A stretch of DNA of 62,206 nucleotides, the filler included. It is 6 parts of 6 records of this genome, joined end to end, with 100 filler letters (N's around TTAATTAATTAA, not from the genome) between each part and the next. Parts side by side here need not be neighbours in the genome. Positions count along the whole stretch, not along the records: positions 55,625 to 62,206 come from SRR20825010_4707; 5 more parts are not named here. One strand, 5' to 3'. Both the position numbers and the translations under genes were made by a program. Within the stretch, counting starts at the first letter, position 1. Each line of letters begins with the position of its first letter. Under the pieces are notes generated by a model. The model did no database searches and was not told the DNA's origin. It saw only the letters and a list, made by a program, of their open reading frames with translations. This document shows, piece after piece, positions 55,794 through 62,206 of the stretch.

Positions 55794-56186
55794 TTACCTT
55801 AGTTCCCAGATTTTTTTCTGGAGCTTTTTGTTCTCAGCAGTAGGGTCTTCCTCTTTGGCTTTCAAAATAGCATTGTAGTAATATTTCATCGCTTGCTTGC
55901 TGTCGCCAATGGATCGCAGGTAATCTCCTTTTACTTCCAGGTTGTAAGCCGTTTCTTTGATTTCCAATGATCGGTCGATCCATTCAAGGGCTTCTCTGGT
56001 GTTCTCTTTTTTGATGAAACAAATCTCCGCGCTTTGAGCCAAAATCTCCCAGTCCGATGCATCGGCTTCTTCTACTGCTGCTTTGGCTTTTTCTACCAGT
56101 TTACTGTTTGGGTCTTCCGTTGCAAGTGCTGGAACGGATAGGATCACTGTGAGAGCCAGGATGCTTACTTTTTTTAGCATTTTCAT
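55794..56186 (-). CDS. Secreted hypothetical protein, TPR-like helices
   Basis: Signal peptide ending ALA. ALEWIDRSL...NLEVKGDYL...AMKYY resembles TPR helices. Confidence 0.65.
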   Translation of the reverse strand: MKMLKKVSILALTVILSVPALATEDPNSKLVEKAKAAVEEADASDWEILAQSAEICFIKKENTREALEWIDRSLEIKETAYNLEVKGDYLRSIGDSKQAMKYYYNAILKAKEEDPTAENKKLQKKIWELR

Positions 56187-56508
56187 AGTCATTGGGTTTT
56201 GAGTTTAATTTTATGGAATTTGAAATTCTTTTAGAAAAGACTGTGCCAAAGGATGTAAGTTGCATTGTATCAGCTTTTTACATAATTTTTGTGCTTTTCC
56301 TTTGATCGATATCCACCTAAAATTGTTCGCTTTTTCGTACAGTTAGCAGATAAACATGCAAGGGAAAAGGTTGCGTCACTTTTTACAATACCTTGAATTT
56401 CTTATTTCAACACTTCTCCGGAATTTTTTGCAATGGCTAATCTGAGTTCCCTTGATGAGAGCTCAGGTAGCGCTTTACGGTCTGTGGTTAGCTGAGAGCC
56501 ATAAAAGC

Positions 56509-57708
56509 TTAGCCAAACAAATCCAACTGTTTCGGTTTCTGTGCCCAGCCCATCACCGTTCGTCCTCCATATTTCCAGGAGTCTTCTCTCTCTTTTCGGA
56601 TTAGGTTATTCAGATTTCCCGTGGATTCAAAATTGGTTTCCAGTTGCTCGCTCGCCTTGCTTAGCGTTTGAATGGCTTTGAGTTTATCCGACTGATCTAT
56701 TTTGGCTCTTTGAATGGCAATCTTTAATACATCGATGCTTTCGTCGTAGACTTTCGTGGGTACGGGGAATGGATGTCCGTCTTTTCCTCCATGAGCAAAA
56801 GAGAATCTCGCAGGATCAGTGAAACGGGATTGTGTTCCATAAATAACTTCACTAACTAAAGTAAGCGACTGCAAGGTTCGCGGACCAAGCCCCTGAAGGA
56901 GAAGTAGGGATTCAAAGTCATGTGTGGGTAGCTCCTGAGCCAGGGCCAATACGGCCCCCAACTGCTTAATGTCCACATCTTTTTGTCTCACATCGTGATG
57001 TCGCGGCATTCGTATTTTCTGAATCTCGGTAATCATTCGCTGTGGGTTTTCAGAAGCAATATTCAGAATGCCCGACTTGGTTTCCCCTGCTTCAGGGGAC
57101 GTTAAATTGAGAATCTTGCCCTGATTTCTTCCATAAATAAAAGTATGTGGTTCTTCCGTGAAACTTTTTAGGTCGGACGAATGCCAGTGGTACCTGCGGG
57201 CGTAACCCGAAGCTCCGTCCATGCCTTGCTGCACCACAGCCCATTGTCCTTCATCACTGACAATAAATGAATGCAGGTATATCTGAAAACCATCCTGAAT
57301 AGCTGTATTATCTACTTTAGCAGAAAGCCGGCTGTTTCGAACGAGTTCATTCCCATTCAGTCCTGTTGCATTAGCGACCCGTAACAGTTCCTCCGGTGTT
57401 TTTAAAGAATGTTTGCCCCGGCCACCGCAGACATAGATGCCCAATTCCTTCGACATGGGGTTGAGTGCAGATTTCAAGGCTCCCATTACAGAGGTGGTGA
57501 TTCCCGAAGAATGCCAGTCCATACCTAGCACACAACCCAGCGACTGAAACCAGGCCGGATCACTCAACCGTTTGATTACCTCGGCTTTCCCATATTCCAT
57601 CACGATGGCTTCCATGATGGCTCCTCCAAGTTTGCTCATACGTTCTGCGAGCCATCTGGGCACTTTTCCATTGTGAAGGGGTAAGTCTGCGTATCCTGAT
57701 TTTTTCAT
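56509..57708 (-). CDS. DUF763 domain protein
   Basis: GYADLPLHNGKVPRWL, LSDPAWFQSLGCVLGMDWHSSGITT, SAKVDNTAIQDG, RFSFAHGGKDGHPFPV. HhH-like LLLQGLGPRT. Confidence 0.88.
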   Translation of the reverse strand: MKKSGYADLPLHNGKVPRWLAERMSKLGGAIMEAIVMEYGKAEVIKRLSDPAWFQSLGCVLGMDWHSSGITTSVMGALKSALNPMSKELGIYVCGGRGKHSLKTPEELLRVANATGLNGNELVRNSRLSAKVDNTAIQDGFQIYLHSFIVSDEGQWAVVQQGMDGASGYARRYHWHSSDLKSFTEEPHTFIYGRNQGKILNLTSPEAGETKSGILNIASENPQRMITEIQKIRMPRHHDVRQKDVDIKQLGAVLALAQELPTHDFESLLLLQGLGPRTLQSLTLVSEVIYGTQSRFTDPARFSFAHGGKDGHPFPVPTKVYDESIDVLKIAIQRAKIDQSDKLKAIQTLSKASEQLETNFESTGNLNNLIRKEREDSWKYGGRTVMGWAQKPKQLDLFG

Positions 57709-57747
57709 TTATGTCGGTTTTTATTATAACTATAGCGTTTCCTCACT

Positions 57748-60717
57748 TCAAACTTCAATCGTCCGATAATTCAGTCGTTTCATGTAAGTCACTTCCAGGC
57801 TGATGGCATCAAACTCCTCAACTACTTTTCCTTTCATGGCATAAATGCCCTGCCCATTGAACGGGTACTGTTTTGCTATAGGAGGGAAGTGAACCGTATC
57901 GATGAATTCCCCTTCTTCATCCAGAAAATTTCCAAAATACATATCGTCTCCTTTGGAGGTGCGCGTGCGTTTGGCTGTGATCAGGTAGCCGAATACCCGA
58001 ACCTGTTTATTGATGTGATAGGGGAGGTCGCGTGCTCTTGTGCAGTTGAGTGGTTTTTCCTTAATCAGATCAAAGGGCATTTGGAGCGGAAAACCGATTA
58101 ATTCCATTTGATCATAGATGTCCTCAATGTCGATGTGCTCCATGGGCGGGAGCTTGTAATTTTTCACGGTGGGCTCAAACAAGGAAGGTTTAATTTGGCT
58201 TTTTCCTGTGTTACCCAGCAAGAAATGCGCACGCCACAAAAGCGTTTTTTTATCAATGTTGGTAAAACGAAATGCATCGATCCGTATCAGCAAACTGAGC
58301 TGTTCCAGCGAGACACTAACACGTTTAATGTAATTATCTACTGATAGAAAAGGCCCTCTTTTTATTCGCTCGGCCACTGTTTCTATAATGGTTTGATCGG
58401 AGAGTTCTTTTATCATGCCCAATCCAAGGTAAATGGTTTTTCCTATGATGAGAGTCTGCGGTTCGCTGGTGTTGATGCAGGGCGATTCGATTTGTGCGCC
58501 ATGCATTCTGGCTTCATGGATGTAAAATTCGCGGCTGTAGAAACCACCCCCATTGTTGAGTACGGCCACCATAAACTCCAATGGATAATGTGATTTGAGA
58601 AACATGCTTTGGTAGCTCTCTATGGCATAGGAGGCTGAGTGCCCTTTCGCGAATGCGTAACCAGCAAAACTTTCGATCTGCCGCCACACATCGTGACTTA
58701 GCTCCGGAGAATATCCCTTTTTTGTGCAGTTGTGAAAAAACTTTTCTTTCACCAGTTGAAATTCATCTCGCGAACGGTACTTCCCTGACATTCCCCGTCG
58801 GAGTACATCAGCCTCGCCCAAAGTGAGCCCAGCGAAATAATGAGCCACCTTGATTACATCCTCCTGATACACCATCACCCCATAGGTGTCGGGCATGATT
58901 TTGAGGAGTACAGGATGCGCGTCTTTTCGCTTTTCTGGCAGGCGATACCTGAGAATGTACTCACGCATCATCCCTGATTTGGCCACACCGGGACGAATCA
59001 CCGAACTGGCAGCTACCAGTGTCAGGTAGTCCTCTGCCCGTAGTTTGGTCAGGAGCATGCGCATAGCCGGAGACTCTACATAGAAACAACCGATGGCTTT
59101 TGCTTCACGCAGGTTGATTTTTACCAAAGGGTCTTCCTTGAAAAGTTTGATGTCGTGAATGTCGATATTCAGCCGGTCGGGTTGATTTTCTTTGATGATG
59201 GCCAGCGCATCTTTGATTTTCCCAAGCCCTCTTTGTCCGAGAATGTCGTATTTAAAAAGCCCCACATCTTCAGCCACATGCATGTCAAAGTGGGTGATGG
59301 GAAATCCCTTTGGTGGTAAGGAAGTGGCAGTAAAGTAATGGATAGGTTTTTCAGAAATAATAATCCCCCCGGCATGTACACTGAGGTGGCTGGGGAACTC
59401 AGCAGTTTCGTCGGATTTGGTTTTAGAATCATCGGTCAGCATCCGTTCGCTGTATTGTAGTATTAATCGGGAGTGGTGATCCAGATTTTGAGAAATGTTT
59501 TTTTGTAGTTTATCGATCTCATAAGGAGGCACTCCGAAGACCTTCCCGACTTCTCTTATGATTGATTTACCCTTGAAGGTATTGTAGGTGGCGAGTAAAA
59601 CGGCGTTTTCGTATCGTTCAAAAATGTAACGCGTCACATCTTCCCGGTCTTTGGATGAAAAATCAATATCAAAATCAGGAGGGTTTTGACGGAAAAGGTT
59701 AATAAATCGCTCAAAATAAAGGTCTAGTTCGATTGGATCTACATCGGTGATACGCAGGAGGTAGGCCACAATGCTATTGGCCCCACTGCCACGCCCAACA
59801 TAGTAATAGTCTTTGCTGCGGGCATAGCTCACTATGTCCCAGCTAATCAAAAAGTAGGCGAGAAAGCCTTTTAATCGAATGGTTTGCAATTCGGTAATGA
59901 CCCTCCTGAGGATGCTAAGTGCAGGAGCGTTTCCGTAGCGATAAGGAAGTCCTTTTTTACAAAGCTCTTTTACTTTCTGATAGTCACCCGTTTCCGATCC
60001 TGTCCAGGTCTTTTGATTTTGAGGCTGGGCATCCGGGCTGAATTGGAAGTCGATCCGGCTGTTATCGATTACATATTTCAGGTTTTCGAGAGCAACCGGT
60101 AGATCTTCATAGGCATGAAGAAATGCCTTTCTACCTAAAAAGGCGTCCTCTTTTTGTCCGGTATCTGAGGGTAACAGTTTGGTCACCAATGTATTCAAAT
60201 CGATGGCACGAAGAACACAGTGAAACTCAAACTCGTCGACACTGGGGAGTGTAAAGGTGGGGCAGGCGATCAACTTGTTTTGTGGTAATTTTTTCATGAA
60301 GCGTACCCGATTTACTTCATGCGGTTTCACAGTGATGTATTCGTATTCCTCTAAGGGGCGGTCGGGGATGTTGCTTAAAGGATAGAGAATAAAACAGTCA
60401 GTTATTTTATTTATGGATGTGGGGATGAGGCTCTCATTATGCAGGTGGTGCGATAGGAAAGTATTGAGATGATAGTAGCCCTCATTGTTACGGGCAATGC
60501 CAATAAATTGCTGAACAGCTCCATTCCTGAAATCAATACCGAGTATGGGGCGGATGTCGTTTTTTTTAGCCTGACGTACAAAATCCAGATTGCCAGAAGT
60601 GCTGTTGATGTCGGTGAGGGCAAGCGTTTTGATGCGGTTTTTACGAGCCCACACCATCAACTGGCCTATGGAGTAAATGCCGTATTTGAAGCTGAAATAG
60701 GAGTGAACATTTAGCAT
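57748..60717 (-). CDS. dnaE2: DNA polymerase III alpha subunit, accessory DnaE2 type
   Basis: PHP domain LNVHSYFS and ALTDIN, GRGSGANS, catalytic PPDFDIDF and KYDILG, YAFAKGHS, C-terminal OB fold. 989 aa with no tau-binding tail. Confidence 0.9.
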   Translation of the reverse strand: MLNVHSYFSFKYGIYSIGQLMVWARKNRIKTLALTDINSTSGNLDFVRQAKKNDIRPILGIDFRNGAVQQFIGIARNNEGYYHLNTFLSHHLHNESLIPTSINKITDCFILYPLSNIPDRPLEEYEYITVKPHEVNRVRFMKKLPQNKLIACPTFTLPSVDEFEFHCVLRAIDLNTLVTKLLPSDTGQKEDAFLGRKAFLHAYEDLPVALENLKYVIDNSRIDFQFSPDAQPQNQKTWTGSETGDYQKVKELCKKGLPYRYGNAPALSILRRVITELQTIRLKGFLAYFLISWDIVSYARSKDYYYVGRGSGANSIVAYLLRITDVDPIELDLYFERFINLFRQNPPDFDIDFSSKDREDVTRYIFERYENAVLLATYNTFKGKSIIREVGKVFGVPPYEIDKLQKNISQNLDHHSRLILQYSERMLTDDSKTKSDETAEFPSHLSVHAGGIIISEKPIHYFTATSLPPKGFPITHFDMHVAEDVGLFKYDILGQRGLGKIKDALAIIKENQPDRLNIDIHDIKLFKEDPLVKINLREAKAIGCFYVESPAMRMLLTKLRAEDYLTLVAASSVIRPGVAKSGMMREYILRYRLPEKRKDAHPVLLKIMPDTYGVMVYQEDVIKVAHYFAGLTLGEADVLRRGMSGKYRSRDEFQLVKEKFFHNCTKKGYSPELSHDVWRQIESFAGYAFAKGHSASYAIESYQSMFLKSHYPLEFMVAVLNNGGGFYSREFYIHEARMHGAQIESPCINTSEPQTLIIGKTIYLGLGMIKELSDQTIIETVAERIKRGPFLSVDNYIKRVSVSLEQLSLLIRIDAFRFTNIDKKTLLWRAHFLLGNTGKSQIKPSLFEPTVKNYKLPPMEHIDIEDIYDQMELIGFPLQMPFDLIKEKPLNCTRARDLPYHINKQVRVFGYLITAKRTRTSKGDDMYFGNFLDEEGEFIDTVHFPPIAKQYPFNGQGIYAMKGKVVEEFDAISLEVTYMKRLNYRTIEV

Positions 60718-60726
60718 TGCTTAAAA

Positions 60727-60760
60727 CTAATAAAATTAGTATTAAAGCTAATAAAATTAG
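60727..60760. promoter_or_regulatory. Two tandem CTAA-N5-TTAG operators (Bacteroidota SOS-box type)
   Basis: CTAATAAAATTAG occurs at 60727-60739 and 60748-60760, 21 bp apart and 10-43 nt upstream of the dnaE2 ATG. Confidence 0.8.
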
Positions 60761-60912
60761 TAATTAATGTTTCTAAATTGACGAGTAGGTATGTGGTTTC
60801 ATCTATAATTCCCTAGCGACAAACAACTTTTGATTCTGTGACAGAAAGCGATCTGATTTTACTCATTTCACGGATAAATTGTTTGTTGCAGGTTTGCTTA
60901 AATTTTATAAAT

Positions 60913-62206
60913 ATGCAATCACTACATCGTTTTCATATCCCCGTTATGGGAATTGGTTATACGCTAGATACGCCAATCAAAATAGCGAAATATGGTATTT
61001 CCTCAGTTATTTCCATTGTTCAGGACGATGTAATCGAAAAGGCGAGGTATTACTATTCCAAGATCAATCACCTCCATTATCAAGCCATTCGAAAGGCAGA
61101 CGAGGACTACCGAAGCAAAAGGATCACAGCTTATTTGAATTTGGTCAAGCTACTGGTAGATCGAAGTTTTGACGAACTAAAAAACAATGAGGCAGAGCTG
61201 GACAAGTATGCCCGTATGCTCCCGGGGAGAGTGACTGCCGACATGCTTCGAGCCAACCCGAACCTGTTAAAAAAAGGGTCGATAGACGTAAATATCATGA
61301 CCAAACTGGATCGACAGGCTTCTAACGATGAAACAGTATTAACTGAAGCCTGTTCCGCCTTGAAGGGTTATGCTGAAAGCGATCTTCAATCTTCCCTGGT
61401 GCTTTCTGCCGGACTAAACCCCAGGTTGTTTGCCTTCATGCAGGTGTTCCCGGATTTCTACCCCGATGAATCGGGCCAAATAAAGAAGAAGATTGTGGTG
61501 AAGGTGAGCGATTTTCGTTCGGCTTTGCTACAGGGAAAAATGTTGGCTAAGAAGGGGCTTTGGGTCTCTGAATTCCGAATAGAATCGGGACTGAATTGTG
61601 GTGGACATACTTTCGCAACAGAGGGACTACTTCTTGGGCCTATATTGGAGGAGTTTAAACAAAACCGGGAAGTCATGCTTAGCGAGCAGTTGGAGTTGTG
61701 TCGGGGAGAATGGGATAAGATGGGAATCCCATCACTCACCCATCCTACCCAGCGAATATCTGTGCAGGGAGGTTTGGGCAATTCATTGGAAAGAGAGATG
61801 ATGGAAGAATATTACGGGATGGATGCCACAGGTTGGGGGAGTCCATTTCTATTGGTTCCGGAGGCTACTTCCATCGACGATGAAACATTGGATGAATTGA
61901 TTACCGCAGGAGAAAAAGACATATACAATAGCAATATTTCACCTTTGGGTGTCCGATTCAGTACGATACGAAACAACTCAGGTGAAAGGATAAAAAGGGA
62001 ACGAATTGAAGCAGGGAAACCGGGCAGCCCATGCGTGAGAAAGCACTTGGCTTTTGATAAAACCTATAACGAAGAGGGGCTCTGCACCGCTTCCATGGTG
62101 TTTCAGAAAAAGAAAATAAAAGAGCTGAAACAGCAGGCGCTTTCAACTGAGGCTTACCAAAAGGCCTATAATGCAATTACTGAAAAGGAATGCATCTGTG
62201 ATGGCC
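60913..62206 (+). CDS. Conserved Bacteroidota hypothetical protein, probable FMN TIM-barrel oxidoreductase (3'-truncated, absent from the ORF track)
   Basis: Hand translation gives 431 open codons: MQSLHRFHIPVMGIGYTLDTP...ESGLNCGGH...SVQGG...ATGWGSPFLLVPEA...PCVRKHL...GLCTAS...ECICDG. Confidence 0.8.
   Translation, partial: MQSLHRFHIPVMGIGYTLDTPIKIAKYGISSVISIVQDDVIEKARYYYSKINHLHYQAIRKADEDYRSKRITAYLNLVKLLVDRSFDELKNNEAELDKYARMLPGRVTADMLRANPNLLKKGSIDVNIMTKLDRQASNDETVLTEACSALKGYAESDLQSSLVLSAGLNPRLFAFMQVFPDFYPDESGQIKKKIVVKVSDFRSALLQGKMLAKKGLWVSEFRIESGLNCGGHTFATEGLLLGPILEEFKQNREVMLSEQLELCRGEWDKMGIPSLTHPTQRISVQGGLGNSLEREMMEEYYGMDATGWGSPFLLVPEATSIDDETLDELITAGEKDIYNSNISPLGVRFSTIRNNSGERIKRERIEAGKPGSPCVRKHLAFDKTYNEEGLCTASMVFQKKKIKELKQQALSTEAYQKAYNAITEKECICDG

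Noticed and set aside
56233-56249. Sigma54 promoter upstream of the TPR-like gene (TTGGCACAGTCTTTTCT)
   Set aside because: Good -24 element, but the -12 position reads TC instead of GC. Too weak to call.
56436-56471. Hairpin downstream of DUF763 as a terminator or small RNA
   Set aside because: Imperfect stem with no adjacent U tract and no recognisable RNA family.
57748-60717. Replicative dnaE
   Set aside because: It is short, lacks the C-terminal tau-binding region and is preceded by SOS-type boxes.
47788-60717. mutS and dnaE2 as one DNA-repair island
   Set aside because: They are on different contigs from different phyla.
60879-62176. Short ORF-track ORFs at the window end (60879-61172, 61458-61781, 61598-61801, 61958-62176)
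   Set aside because: All overlap the long open frame starting at 60913, which the track probably missed because it has no stop codon in the window.

Overview
This window is not one chromosome region. It is six unrelated bacterial contigs joined by artificial 100-bp spacers (44 N + TTAATTAATTAA + 44 N). Taxonomic labels below are inferred from gene order, protein style and base composition. (1) 1-23225 is a Marinobacter-like gammaproteobacterial housekeeping block: yejF-like ABC ATPase, fabI, PilZ, DUF1631 and DAHP synthase, plus the minus-strand run fimV-truA-trpFBA-accD-folC-dedD-cvpA-purF-metZ-ftsK-lolA-rarA-serS-cobA. (2) 23326-36485 is a Limnobacter-like betaproteobacterial accessory region: YncD/PqqU-like TonB receptor, PhaC-like Ser hydrolase, a frameshifted LVIVD lipoprotein with DUF305, an HExxH protein, ohrR-ohr, amidoligase-GATase-yqaA-arsH-modABC and DUF6351. 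(3) 36586-40114 is planctomycete-like: secreted repeat protein, AI-2E transporter with a sigma54 promoter and an EEP hydrolase. (4) 40215-47023 is high-GC and Phycisphaerae-like: REP doublet, PA14 protein, double thioredoxin and an unusually enlarged OPT transporter. (5) 47124-55524 is alphaproteobacterial: maeB, mutS, FAD oxidoreductase, glnD, murJ. (6) 55625-62206 is Bacteroidota-like. It holds the most interesting items: a dnaE2-DUF763 operon behind two tandem CTAA-N5-TTAG SOS-type boxes with no adjacent dinB/imuAB, and a divergent ORF missed by the ORF track that looks like an FMN TIM-barrel, 4-Cys (FabK/FabX-like) oxidoreductase. No rRNA, tRNA, CRISPR array or transposase was seen.
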